A stretch of DNA of 62,920 bases, counting the filler, from Kipferlia bialata (Eukaryota): the NCBI GenBank assembly GCA_003568945.1. It is 2 parts of 2 records of this genome, joined end to end, with 100 filler letters (N's around TTAATTAATTAA, not from the genome) between each part and the next. Parts side by side here need not be neighbours in the genome. Positions count along the whole stretch, not along the records: positions 31,557 to 62,920 come from BDIP01000108.1; 1 more part is not named here. One strand, given 5' to 3'. Positions 34,601 through 46,480 of this stretch are shown here, piece by piece. Under the pieces are notes generated by a model. The model made no database searches, had not been told where the DNA came from, and saw only the letters and a list, made by a program, of their open reading frames with translations. Each line of letters starts with the position of its first letter. Positions within the stretch are counted from its first letter, which is position 1. The position numbers were made by a program, and so were the translations under genes.

Positions 34601-36376
34601 TCTCTCTCTCTGCTCCTGCTCCCTGGCCTCAGCCTCGGCTCTCTCCTTAGCCATCTCCTGCTCTCTCTCCCTCTCACGGTCCATCTCTCTCTCCTGCTCC
34701 ATCTGCCTCTGAAGATCTCTCTCCCTCTGCCTCTCCATCTCAGCCTCTCTCTCTCTCTCTCTCTCCCTCTCCATGTCTCTCTCCCTGGCCTCCTCTCTCT
34801 CTCTCTCTCTGTCAGTCTCAGTCTCGATGGTCAGACTGGGCCTGGCAATCACGGGTCTGCCGTCGTGCCTCTCAGCCTCGCCCTCCTGGGGCAGGGGGGG
34901 AGCTGCATATACGGCAATGTCCTGTGTATCAGATACTATACTCATACTAGATCACAGTGTGAGCAGATGTACTAGATAGCAGCATATACGGCAATGTCAT
35001 GGCATCATATGTGATAATAGTATGCAACGTAGTTACAGAAGAGGGGTAAGAAGAGCCCCAGAGGTCTACAAAGCTCAGACTAACAACCTCCAGTACCTGT
35101 ACTGAAGAAGCCTCTGTCTCACTCTCTCTCTCCCGGGAGCTAGTGGGGTAGTCCATAGCGTTAGGGTCCCTAGAGTTACCAGGGAAGGGAACTGAGTTGG
35201 AGGTGGGGATCCGCTCTGTCTCCACTGCGACGTCTCCGTCACTATCCTCTCCAACACCCTCCCCCTCCCTCTCTGCCTCAACCCCCCTCCCTCTATCCAG
35301 CTGGGTCTGGGGGGACCCGTCATAGGTCACCTGGGACGCCTGATAGTCGGCGAAGTCTCCTGCACCTCCTGATGATTAGAGACCATTCAGAGACAGAGAG
35401 TGACACCTGTATCCTGAACCCACCTGTGATCAGACACTCAATCGAGGCAGGGCTCTGGAGGAAGTCGGCCAGAAGGGGCTCGACCGGCAGTTTGAAGTCC
35501 ACGGAGAATGCCTGGTTGACGCTGAGGTTCTGTAGGAAGAACAGCATAACCAGCAGGTTGTAAATGGACTTGGCATCCCTTGGGTGAGAGGGAGGGCAAC
35601 TATTATAACTGCTATGGCGTCCACACATGTAAACTGCCGGATAATCGCATCAACACTGGAGCATGGCATAACAATACTCATCCCTCACCTAGCAATAACC
35701 TTGTTGAAGTCCACAATGTTGGTGGGGATTCCAAGGTCCTCCATGTACTGATGTGAGACTAATGACGACATCCAAGTGACTGACTGCTCTGGCGACACGC
35801 TCATCACACCTACCCACACATAATAGGAGTGGTGTTGCCAGACCCAACAACCCGACAAACGTATAATACACATACCTGTGTGATGACGGCCCAGTTTGCC
35901 TCCATGGCCTCCATGGACTGAGGGCTCCAGCTGATGTCGGTGGATGCCAGGTCAGCCTGGGGGGTGAGCAGACTCACATGGCAACACATGTCAATAGCAA
36001 GGATAGAGCGACAATACGCCTAGAGGGCCACACAGATCCCCACATACCACATTGGGCCATATACTGTGGAAGAGCTGCAGGCATATCACTCCGTCCTTAA
36101 TGCTGCTCCATCCTGAGAGTAAGAGGGAGTTAATACCCAAAGAGATAAAACTTTGGATTCAATTCGGCAAGCATACACCTCATTTCGTGCCCTGTGGTTA
36201 CTAAGATCACAATAGGACTCAAAAAGTACGTATGCAGTAATGCTGGGTCCTAGAGTCTCGCTGGATGGCCTATAAACACAAAAACGACGCTCACCCTTTG
36301 TAGGGAGGTCAGAAATATGAGCTGCCCACGCAAGTAGCTGGGCCTTGCCCACTGGTGACGTGTACACCTGATCCAT
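31651..36376 (-). CDS. N-terminal calponin-homology (HOOK/SPEF1-like CH) domain plus long E/R-rich coiled-coil protein; 3'-partial
   Basis: Spliced N-terminus reads MDQVYTSPVGKAQLLAWAAHISDLPTK..DGAAL..NWAVI..LGIPTNIVDFNKVIAR..DAKSIYNLLVMLFFLQ, a CH-fold pattern. It is followed by low-complexity ERERE exons (34514-34945) and coiled-coil exons (LKQRLAEQKAVSARLAAERD; RVQMCEERIRDI). The gene runs into the gap. Confidence 0.7.
32940..32985 (+). repeat. Intronic 12-mer tandem repeat (ATGTCAGTATTA)x~3.8
   Basis: atgtcagttttaatgtcagtattaatgtcagtattaatgtcagtat. Confidence 0.85.
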
Positions 36377-36822
36377 GTGGAACAGACAAACAGTCACTCA
36401 CTTGTAAGCGTTGAAAGCAAGTCAGAGTAGGTGAATGTTAGCCGTTTTTGGAGAAGCAGAGGGTTCAGTCTCGGGCATCCAGGAGGATTCCTGGACTAGG
36501 ATGCTCACAGGCAGGCAGTTGACAACGGACCAAACGAAGTACTAATGGGCTCTGCTTGAACACATTATGCAAAGAGCTCCTTCAAAGTGAAAGAATAATA
36601 GTTCTGTTCAAAACCCCAAAAAGAGACTGTGGCACTTCAGCAGAGAAGTACACACACAGTGTGGGATAAATTACACACAACCTGGTAACATGACCACAAA
36701 CTACAATTTACATCTTACACAGGAGATCTCCCTGTCCCTAACCGAACGGATCTCATAACTTCAGACCGCTGAGCCCACCCACAACCACAGTCTAGCAGGA
36801 GTCATTGACTCAGTCACCCCCT

Positions 36823-37837
36823 TCACCTGAAGCTCTTCATGAAGGACTCCTCAAAGAAGTTGGGCCTGGACCTATCGGCCTCAATGGCAGCCTGGGGTGA
36901 GCAGGATAGGGTAGGATGACAATATGAAAGGATAGCCGAGAACACTATATATAGAAATATAGATGGTGTGTAGCCTCACCTGTCTCTCCTCGACAGTCAT
37001 GTTCTGCCTCTGGTCGGCCAGCCTCTTGTTCTCGGCAAGGAGGTACTTCTCGTACTCAAGCCGGGCAGCGGCCTGGTCAGCCTCAATGTACTGTGGTGAG
37101 GTAAAAATGTATGAATACACACATATATGCTTAAATTGACGGAACTGGGTGGCAAGAATACGTCAGAGACCAAACAGTAACCTCTCCAACCACATTATGC
37201 AGTAGAAACAACACCAGTATACCCACATATAATCCATGTGCCTACCTCAGCAAACTGAGCGTAGTCTGCCATCTCCTTGGCAATGCGCTTCTCCTCCTCA
37301 CGCTCCTCAGTGGCAAGACGGGCCTGGGTCAGAAGTGATGATAGACCAGAACAGGAGACAAAGGCACGCAAACATCCCCACAGCGTCACATATAGAGACA
37401 AGGTCAGGAAATCCAATTTCCCAGCAAAATAGTACCCACCTTCTCCTCTAGCAGGTTCTCCATCACACGCTTCAGCTCCTGCTGCATCTCCCTCTTGTCC
37501 TCCAGGGTTCCGTACAGGGCTCTGAGACGCTCAAACTCACGCCTCTGGTACTCCTCCTGCTTGGTCTTCACCCTAGCCATCTCCCTCTCGTATACCTCCA
37601 CATCTGTGGTGTCGTTCTTCTTCCTAAAGGTAAGCCAGTGTAAATCGATGAAGAAAATGCAGTCAGTCGCGGAAATAATGGGTCAGGGGCTGCAGGAGAT
37701 CTGCAAAGACTGAGAATATGAAGAAGATCGCCACGACTGCATTGAATACAGCTCCAACGAGATGACAAAACATATACATACGTTGGCTGACGAGGTGGGC
37801 GGCGAAGGATGCTCTGCTTCACGTAACCGCTGTTCAT
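36823..37837 (-). CDS. Small (~165 aa) E/R/K-rich coiled-coil protein, possible ciliary microtubule inner protein
   Basis: Five exons: MNSGYVKQSILRRPPRQPT|KKNDTTDVEVYERE...LLEEK|ARLATEERE...FAE|YIEADQ...EERQ|AAIEADRSRPNFFEESFMKSFR*. The C-terminal FF..F..S.R motif is reminiscent of RIB43A-type tails, a weak similarity. Confidence 0.7.
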
Positions 37838-37958
37838 GGTCAGATTGAAGAGCTGTCATCAGGCGACTCAGGCAATGAAATCCCTTGCAAAAACATGATA
37901 AGGGTCTGGTCTGGTCGTTTCTGACCAGCCTTTAAGGCTGAGCCTTACTCTATTCAAG

Positions 37959-38536
37959 ATGGCCCCCAAGATAGGAATGGTTGAGCCCACTGTGGAGGGT
38001 AGGGCATTGACTGCTCAGGAGAGATGGGACCAGGCTATGCCTGTGGAAGTTCCGTACGTGTTCTTCTATCTCTTTACTGTGAGGAGGTAGTATTTCTATC
38101 CGTTGACTCCAGGTTTCCTACTCTCTTTTGGTGTGCAAGCAATTATGAGGAGTACGATGCTCTGCCACCAGCGGAGAAGGTTAAGGTCAGTGTCCGAGTC
38201 ATTCTCTCTGATTGATGAGTTCTTCTTACCTCCAGGTCAACGGTAGGCTCAACCGTGAGATTGTTATCGTTAGAGGACGGCGCATGAAGACAGACGATAT
38301 CAGGAAGTGGGTGTGACTCTTGTCTGGTTCTTGGCCGTCCGGTGAACAAGAAGCAGTACGGGTTTGCTAGCATTAGTGCTACCATCATAGGCACCACATA
38401 ATATATGACATCTCGTATATGGTAGGTGTCAATGGTGTGCATATTCTCCCCGACAGGCAGTCGGGGAGCAGTCCTGCTCCTCCCATGCTGGGTTGTGCTG
38501 GCAGAGTCACCAGAGACATCAGAGTCTGGTGGCTAG
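37959..38536 (+). CDS. Small hypothetical protein, tandem copy 1 (~117 aa)
   Basis: MAPKIGMVEP...VEVP|FPTLFWCASNYEEYDALPPAEKVK|VNGRLNREIVIVRGRRMKTDDIRKW|VSMV...GAVLLLPCWVVLAESPETSESGG*. Splice sites are conserved with copy 2. The last intron boundaries are uncertain. Confidence 0.6.
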
Positions 38537-38773
38537 GTTGTTTAATAGACCAAGCATTTGTCTTTGACCGCTATTGTATGTGCTACATCCTCATTCAAAG
38601 ATTCCATCACTATTATCACAGTCTCCATCTGCAGAATATTTACACCTGGTACGCAGATAGTATTTAGAATCGATATATAGTATATACATTATATACAGAG
38701 TTATAAGCTGGGTTGCTAGCCCCTTATCACAAACTACTGGAAATGCCAGACACAAGACTCAGCCTTTTCCGAG

Positions 38774-39411
38774 ATGGCAACCAAGATCGAAGGTGTTGAA
38801 TATCCTGTGATCAGGGTGGACAAGTTGGACACGTCGGCTCCTCAGAGGAGACTGGAGAGGTTTATTGCTGGCGGCCGTGCTGAGCACTTATATCCGTACG
38901 TGTTCTTTTGGCTTGTGTGAGTATAGTGTGTCCGTTGACTCCAGGTTCCCTACCCTTGCTTGGTGTAACGACAATCACGAGGAGTACGTGGCTCTGTCAA
39001 ATGAGGAGTGTATCAAGGTCAGTTTCCAAGTCATTCTCTCTGATTGATATATACTTCTTACATTCCAGGTCAACAGTAGACTCTGCGCTGAGCTAATTGT
39101 CATGAGACGACACCTTAAGGGGAAGAGGACAGACGGTATGAGGAAGTGGGTGTGACTCTTGCCTGTTTCTGGCATTCCTGTGAACAAGAAGCAGTACGGG
39201 TTTGCTAGCATTACTAATGCTAGCAAACCCGTACTGCTTGCTAATGCTGCATTAGTGCTACCATCATAGGCACCACATGATATATTATATATGGTATCTA
39301 TTATAGGTGTCAATGGTGTCCCCCTGCTCGACAGGTCTGGGAGCAGTCCTCCTCTTCCCTTGCTGGGTTGTGCTGGGAGAGACATCAGAGACATCAGAGT
39401 CTGGTGCCTAG
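38774..39411 (+). CDS. Small hypothetical protein, tandem copy 2 (~125 aa)
   Basis: MATKIEGVEYP...HLYP|FPTLAWCNDNHEEYVALSNEECIK|VNSRLCAELIVMRRHLKGKRTDGMRKW|VSMV...GAVLLFPCWVVLGETSETSESGA*. Intron positions are the same as in copy 1. Confidence 0.6.
39189..39255. repeat. Perfect 25 bp inverted repeat (1 nt spacer) plus adjacent 7 bp inverted repeat
   Basis: aagcagtacgggtttgctagcatta-c-taatgctagcaaacccgtactgctt (39189-39239), then ctaatgc-t-gcattag (39241-39255). Confidence 0.95.
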
Positions 39412-39681
39412 GTTGTTTAATAGACCAAGCATTTGTCTTTGACCGCTATTGTATGTGCAACATCCTCATTCAAAGATTCCATCACCATTATCACAGTCTC
39501 CATCTGCAGGGCATATTTAGGGAGAGATGACAGAATTGTTACAATATACGTACTTAGATTGTATCTAGATACACCTCTGTACTACAGAGTTATAAGCTGG
39601 GTTGCTAGCCCCTTATCAAAAATTTCTGGCACTGGCAACAGGCGACCCCACCCCTCTTTGAGAGCCTGTCAGGCCTGTGGA

Positions 39682-42600
39682 ATGAGTACAGGTCCGTCGG
39701 CCTCTAGCCATGGCACTGATGAGCTTGTTGAGGTGAAGACCGAGGGAGGTGCTGTCTCTGGCGTGGGTGAGGTTGCAGTGAAGCAGGAGAGAGAGAGGTT
39801 TCTGCTGGGTGACACGCCTGGCCTAGGGGGTGGGGACGATGAGATGGGCGCAGTGGAGCTGGCATCAAGACCCATGTTCCAGTTCCTGGAGAACAACAGG
39901 TGAGAGCGAACATGCATTGGGTGGTACCTCAGATCCCAGACTCTGTGTATTGTAGTTACACAGCTTCTGTTCCTCACACCAGACTTGTGGTCACTCAGGA
40001 CTACTTTATGTCCAGAGAGAACTACAGGTGAGCCAACAGTAAGTGTGCTGGGAGGTCTGCCCCTGCACTCTTCTCCATATTGTGTCTCTCATGCTCTACT
40101 CTGTGCTCCACCGTGGATCTCTCCCTGTTCTTGTAGGCAACAGACCCCACTTACCCATTGATATAGATATGAGCTCGATCTAGAGTCTAGGCTTAAACCA
40201 CCCTGCCGTTCCCACCCTGTACTCACCCCAGGGTGCCCCTGTTCTATGTGGCCATCAGGGTGTACTTTGCGGTCAAGCAGCAGTCCCAGTACCAGTCTGT
40301 GTTCACACTGTCCGACATTCTCAAGGTGCCACACAGTAGGGCTAGTGGTTGTCAGCCCCCTTTGGAATAGTGGCCTAGTATGTCCCCTCTTTACTGTTGG
40401 TTTCTCTATGGTGGTATGACACATATACATACATATCCCATGCCTCACCCTTAGAACGTCGCCAAGACTGTCAACCACTTTGGGGGTGACCTCTACTTTG
40501 ACACGGCCAGACTCCCAGACCAGCCAGGTCGGTGCCCCTCAGTGTGTCTATCAGTCTCTCTTTCTCTCTATGTATGTCTTGTCCATAGTGCTAATTGGGT
40601 TGGTGTCTGGTGTCTGTGTCTCTTGTATCTCACCCCTCAGTCTCTCTCTCTCTTTCTCTCTCTCTCTATATATATGTCATGTCTAGAGTACCCGAGTTGG
40701 TGTCTGTCTCTTGTATCTCTGAGTGACCCCAGACTCCCCATACCCCTTCGAGAACCCCCCCAGACAGAGCCTGCTGCCCGACCTGCCTGTGTCCCTGGCC
40801 GAGGAGAGGCAGAAGGAGAGAGAGAGCCAGAAGGAGAAGGAGGCAGCCATGCTCAGAAGGGGCATCAAGCCACCAGGTGGGGGGCAGGTCGATTCAGTTA
40901 CTACACACTTTGTGCATATGTGTGTACTGCCTTGCTGTCAAATACAGTCTGTATGTTCACTCAGTGACGTCATATTCATCCCAACTGACTGTCAGCCAAG
41001 AGACGGGACGGGGGTGGTAGAGACAGGAAGAGAAGGCGGGAGAGAGAGAGAGAGAAGCAGGAGAGGGAGGAGAGGGAGCGGCTGCAGGAGGAAAGAGAGA
41101 GGAAGAGAGAAAGGGAGGAGGGCCAGCTTGCCGACAGTATCGATGTGGGAGGCATAGTGCTTCTGTTGCTGCTCTGGCCAGGTGGGTGCAGTGTGATCTA
41201 TGTCTCCTATTCCCTGTATTCAAGTAGTTGTACCTGATTGTGGATGGATACCATAACCATGTATCTAGATTGAGTGTCTCTACCGTTCCCCCTCCCCCTC
41301 CCCCTCACCCTCAGGAGGTAGGATGCAGCGCAAGAGGCCTGACAGGTCGGGGAGCATCCCTGAGCCCCACATCCTATTCAACAGGTGAGAGCGTCGCGTG
41401 TCATGATTGGATAGTGGTGTCTCTCGTGAATCCGTTCCCCCTAGACTATCTCTGTTCATTTATGATATATGAGTGCACTGTGCTTGCCGTGTCTGACCTC
41501 CAGGGGTGAGGTGCGTGAGCCCTCTGTGGGTGAGATCAAGGGCCTCAGAGTGGTGGCAATCACCAGAAGCACAGAGTTCACAATGTGAGATGAGTATCTT
41601 CAATATATATACTAGTCTATGTATATTCATACGCATACAGATATCTTAGGCAATCACCAGAAGCACAGGGTTCACAATGTGGGTTTGATTGTGGCATCTC
41701 CGTTGAGCTTGTAGCTAAGCACAGTGATTCTACATGATTCTACATGATTCTACATGATTCTACATGATTATGTAGTTGACACCAATACAGAGCATCAATA
41801 TATGTTTGTATGTATTCATGTGCATGTTTGTCTTACCCTCCAGCAACAGACAGCGCAAGACAACCTCTGAGCTTGAGCTGTATGCATACATGTACCTGTA
41901 CTTCTGGTCCATGCACCAGCGCAGCCTCAACGAACTGACTGCTCAGAGGTTAGTAATATATAATATATATGTATGTATATATATATATATATAGTCATGT
42001 AGTGGCACAGAGTTTAGTTAGATAAATACTATTAATCTGTTATAATAGTATATGTTATACATATATGATTATACGGTATTGAGTAGTATACCGTATTATA
42101 TTGTCCTGATGTTGATGACTGCCCAGAGGTTAGGTATACTGATACATATGCTGATACTGCCCAGAGGACATTCGACGGATGTTGTTACGTAGTATTATGT
42201 ATGTGACATAGTAGTGCATGACCCTCCCTCACCCCCAGTAGTGAGACCCATCCGGCCTCTATCCCCTTCCCCTTCATGTCTAGACTCTGGCAGGTGGGTA
42301 CAGATGCCATTGCAGCTGACAGTGCTAGCTCTATATCGGAGGATATTTGTATATCGTAACACGTAATGCTATCCACCCCCTTCCTGCATGTATATCTATG
42401 TAAGTAACTACTGTTTATATATTACTATATACATGCCCCTCACCTGTCAGAAGATGGTGTCAAAGGGCAAGGTCCACCACATATCGAGTCACGAGATCCG
42501 GTTCAAGCCCAAGTATGAGATATACACCGCAGAGGAACTCATCGATGTACGTAGTAGTTCTGTACCCGCAGTTGGAGCATGTTTACCATGTGTATCATAT

Positions 42601-43307
42601 TTCAATGAATGACTTTCTAGAACATTGCCATTCATCAAGCATACCCTCTGATACCAGGCCGTGACTCTGATGGAGGACGGCATAGCAGAGAACGACCTCG
42701 AGGAGAATCACATCGACGCCACCATCCAGGTGCCAGTCTGTCTCTTTCCGTTCTATTTCATATACTTCTATCCGGTTATGTCTGCGTCGGTATTATTGTG
42801 TGGTGGTTGTGAGGCCCTTTCGTTTGGGTATAGATCCCCCCCCCCCCCTCTGTCTATCTCTGACTGCTAGAAGTGTGTGGACCATGAGTGGGTGTGGCCC
42901 ATCGACAGAATGCCAACAAGGTGGGTCCGCGTATTGTATACCGTATACTTTGTACTGTAAAAACTGTATAGTGTATACTGTATAGATATAGTATATACTG
43001 TATGGATATTTCAGATGATAGCAACTTCTACCAATACATACATGCGACACTCAATCTGACCATCAGGGGCAAGAACACTGAGTACCGCGTGCTGTTCCCT
43101 CGTGACCAGTTCATAGCGACATCGGCCCTGGAGGGGCTGGGGCAGGTGGCGCTGCCTGTTCTAATACCTACATGTATATTATTGTATACTTCTACTCTCT
43201 GGCCCTGGAGGGGTTGGGGCAGGTGGCATTGCATGATACCATTGTGTCTATGTCTATATATATACATTAGCATGTGTGTATACTTCTGCTCTCTCCCCTT
43301 CGCTGTA

Positions 43308-43364
<57 letters not shown>

Positions 43365-43787
43365 AGATTGAGGTGCCTGAGGCCAGGTCCTTCCTCTCTG
43401 GCCTGTGGGCAGAGGCCGTGGTGGACAGTAAGGTATGGTGTATATGTATGTGTACTATTATATTTGTATATAGTGAGGTAGGGTCGCATGGGGCTAAATG
43501 ATGACATAGTCTCTTACTGTCGAGTTCACATTCCTCACTCTCCCTGTCTCTACAGACACGCCCCACCCCCCACCCCAGACCATCCCGTCTGTGGTGGTCA
43601 AGAGAGAGCAGGCACAGACTAGGGTGGTAGACAGAAGCCGGTACAGTGTCACAAACAGCCACATCAAGGTTGGTGTGGGAGTGTCCATAGTCTGTTGAGT
43701 TCATGTTGTGCCTATGTTGCTTGGACACTGTCTGATATCCAGGTCATCGTCGACACTATCCGCAACAGACGAAACAGAGCAGAGTAG
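39682..43787 (+). CDS. Multi-exon protein (~17 exons); tentative OB-fold plus winged-helix (STN1/RPA2-like) architecture
   Basis: Phase-consistent exons run from MSTGPSASS to VIVDTIRNRRNRAE* (TAG 43785-43787). The gene model is solid, but the fold call rests only on pattern similarity (see findings). Confidence 0.65.
41725..41769 (+). repeat. Intronic tandem repeat (TGATTCTACA)x4.5
   Basis: Directly visible perfect 10-mer array. Confidence 0.95.
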
Positions 43788-44610
43788 TAGCAGTGCCACG
43801 TAGAGGAGTAGATACAGGTCTGACCTGACCTGCTGTTCCCTCATTGACACCCGATCAGCCTAGACCTAGCAGAGAGGGCCCTCGGAGTTGCCTCCCCTAT
43901 CGAGGCCATGCTGTCTGTGTTACCCTTCGGCATGTGAGTGATTGATGGCTGCCACTCGTTTCCATCCAGTACCATACTATGCTGTGTTAGTGTAACTCCC
44001 TGCTTGGATCGTGTCCCTGTCCACTGGTGTCTGCCTTAGGTGTCAGTTGTGTGTGGTGTGTGCAGATACAGCTGTAGGACAGGAAACTGTTGCGCATACA
44101 CTTCTGGTCATACGTGGATCCTTAGCTACTGTTGTCATATGTGCTATATTAGTAGGCTGTCAAGACTACACTTTGGTGTTCCCCTCTGACTCAGTGAGGG
44201 TGTCATATGATGGTCAGTGTAGTCCGATTTGAGAATATATGTGCTGCAACCGTCTCTGTTGGTTCCCCAAGAATATAATGTTAATTCTCTTTGTATTGCC
44301 TTGTTTCTGAATCTCCTCCATCATGGCGTCCATGAGGCTCCATAAAGAGCAATATCCGAAGAGAGAGTTCTCCTTACCAGGTTCCCAAGCACTATGTATA
44401 TTGCTCTTCAGAGTGACTGCACAGAACTCAATACACACTGGATATTTCTTTTACCTGACAACTTTTACTCGGCCTCGTAGGATGGAGTGGGACCTATACT
44501 CTATATATTCCACAGGATTCTCATATAACAATTAATTCATGACTACCTATTGGTGTACCAGATGGCGCTAGCAGAACAAGGAAAACATTGCGCAAGACAG
44601 TAGATAAGGG

Positions 44611-45709
44611 TTAACAGTCGTCGCCTAGGTGTGCGATGTACGGGAGGGCCTGTCTGATGAGGTCCCTCAGGGGGTAGTACACGTTGAACTGATGTGTCAT
44701 GATCTCATCTTCTGTGGATGAGAGACAGATGTGTACATATATATCTATACTCTATGTAATGACCTGTGATATATACGTCATATATATACTGTATATCTAT
44801 ATACTAGAGTATGTATATATACTCTAACATTGCACTGAGAGAGCATGTTATTGTCACTGAGGATGAGAGTCAGACGAGAGAGAGGTGAGACTCCTTATAC
44901 TACATACTAACAATAACACTGACGCCAGAGAGTGTAATGATATAATAAGATATATATATATAATAATGAGTATAGTGAGTATCATGTTCTTTTAGTCCAT
45001 GTAGAGATGTACATACCTGTCGCCTCCTCCAGATTAATATCCCTGGCGCCAAGAGCTGCGTGACGCTTCCTTATGTACCTAAATGTACCCTATCCGTCAG
45101 TGAGGTGGCGAATGGAGTAATGATTGAACAGCAGATATCAATAAAGGTCGGTATACAACTCATACCCTGGGAATGAGACCAGTCCTCTCGGCCCGATCCT
45201 CCAACTCGGCAACAACCCTGGTGTTGAGCCTTAGACACAAATTCACACCAAGGGTAACAAGAATGAGAAGCACAAATTCAGCACCAATCACCTCTTGAAT
45301 GGATGACGCTCCGCATATCTAAGAATAGTGGCCTTAGTCTCATTGACATGGTCCCTTATGAAGTTCTGCTGACATGAGAGCATGCTCCAAAGGGCTGATT
45401 ACAGAGAGGAGGGATGCGTATACACCTCAATATCGATAAGAGAGAAAACACTACAAACCTGACTCTGTGTGAGGTCCCAGAGCCGGTTCGGACCATATGC
45501 CAGGGCCCCAAGCCTACGTCAGAGTGGAGGGGGACACAACCAAAATATCCGATTGGAAAAGGAGAAAGAGAGAAATAGAATCTATAGTATAGATACACTC
45601 ACCCTGGGGCAAAAAAGCCTCCATGGGCGTGAGCCACAGCGACAGTGTCCTGGAGGGTGCCAACTACGGAAGCCCTCTTCCCATTCTTCGCAACTACCTT
45701 GCCGGTCAT
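44611..45709 (-). CDS. Probable small intron-containing hypothetical gene
   Basis: Putative exons MTGKVVAKNGKRASVVG...FFAPG|LGALAYGPNRLWDLTQSQ|QNFIRDHVNETKATILRYAERHPFKR|LNTRVVAELEDRAERTGLIPR|... have good donors. The phases of the last exons could not be fully reconciled. Confidence 0.4.
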
Positions 45710-46316
45710 AAGGCGACAATGACTGAGATCGTTATAAAGGCTAATTCGAAGAGATACGAGTCACCACACCCTTTGTATGGCAAAAACAATCTGTTAGTGT
45801 ATATATACGTGACAAGGACACATTATACCCTCTGTCTCTCTGTTGCTACTATGTAGTGCCTGCCATCTTATCACTCATATACCAGGCCATCCAGTTCAGA
45901 CTCGGCTAGTTCTGTCACAGAACTTCTGTGACTGACTACAGGTGACAAAGCTCTTGGACTACCACACCCGACCCCTCCACTGTCTCCCCTTTTCAGGTCG
46001 TCACTGTCATTATAATACCATACTATAATAACAATCTATAGCATGTTGTAGTGGACCGACCTGCCGGTGACCGAATGTGCCTCCCTTGTAGGGAGTCCCT
46101 ACCAGTGACCCTGGAGACCGAAAGTGAATTTGTTGTTGTTTACTAATTAGTTCGTGTGTCAATCCCTACAACCAGGCCCTAGTAATACTAGGCTAGTAGG
46201 CTACTAGGGCCCCTAGTGTATACCCAAAGGGTACAGCAGCACTGTGTTCTGCTCCCTCACGGTGGACCCTGCTCGCTCTGTCGCTGCTCTCGTTGATACT
46301 TGACTCCCTCCGATGA

Positions 46317-46480
46317 GTGGAACGCCTAAATGGAACGGCCCATCACTGTTGGGCCAACAAGCTGACAGGGAAGATATTAATACCTTAAGAGGAAGAGTTG
46401 GAATTGTCCAAACTCATAATGTGGGCCGCCGGTGGAGCAGGTTGGCGTCTTCTGGATCAGAGGATCATATGGGTACTTAC
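46317..46480 (+). mobile_element. Possible degenerate Ty3/gypsy pol relic (segment just before the integrase zinc-binding domain)
   Basis: The frame reads ...CWANKLTGKILIP*EEELELSKLIMWAAGGAGWR, resembling 'G.i.IP......l...i...aH.g..GH.G' with an internal stop and both His residues lost. No LTR pair or other pol domains are visible. Confidence 0.25.

Larger units (their letters stand above)
38051..39618 (+). repeat. Direct tandem duplication (38051-38729 vs 38893-39618)
   Basis: Shared blocks include tccgtacgtgttctt, gttgactccagg, gtcattctctctgattgat, gtgggtgtgactcttg, a ~120 nt near-identical 3' block and tacagagttataagctgggttgctagccccttatca. Confidence 0.95.

Noticed and set aside
41725..41769. 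Short tandem arrays (also 32940-32985, 53439-53485) as CRISPR-like repeats
   Set aside because: They are head-to-tail minisatellites with no unique spacers and no cas genes, in a eukaryotic intron context.
44214..44510. Possible additional small minus-strand gene
   Set aside because: Some splice-like signals are present, but there is no convincing start, stop or phase-consistent model.
44653..44720. CTGATGA followed by a short stem as a hammerhead ribozyme or C/D snoRNA
   Set aside because: There is no GAAA core after the stem and no convincing terminal stem with box D. It overlaps a probable minus-strand exon.
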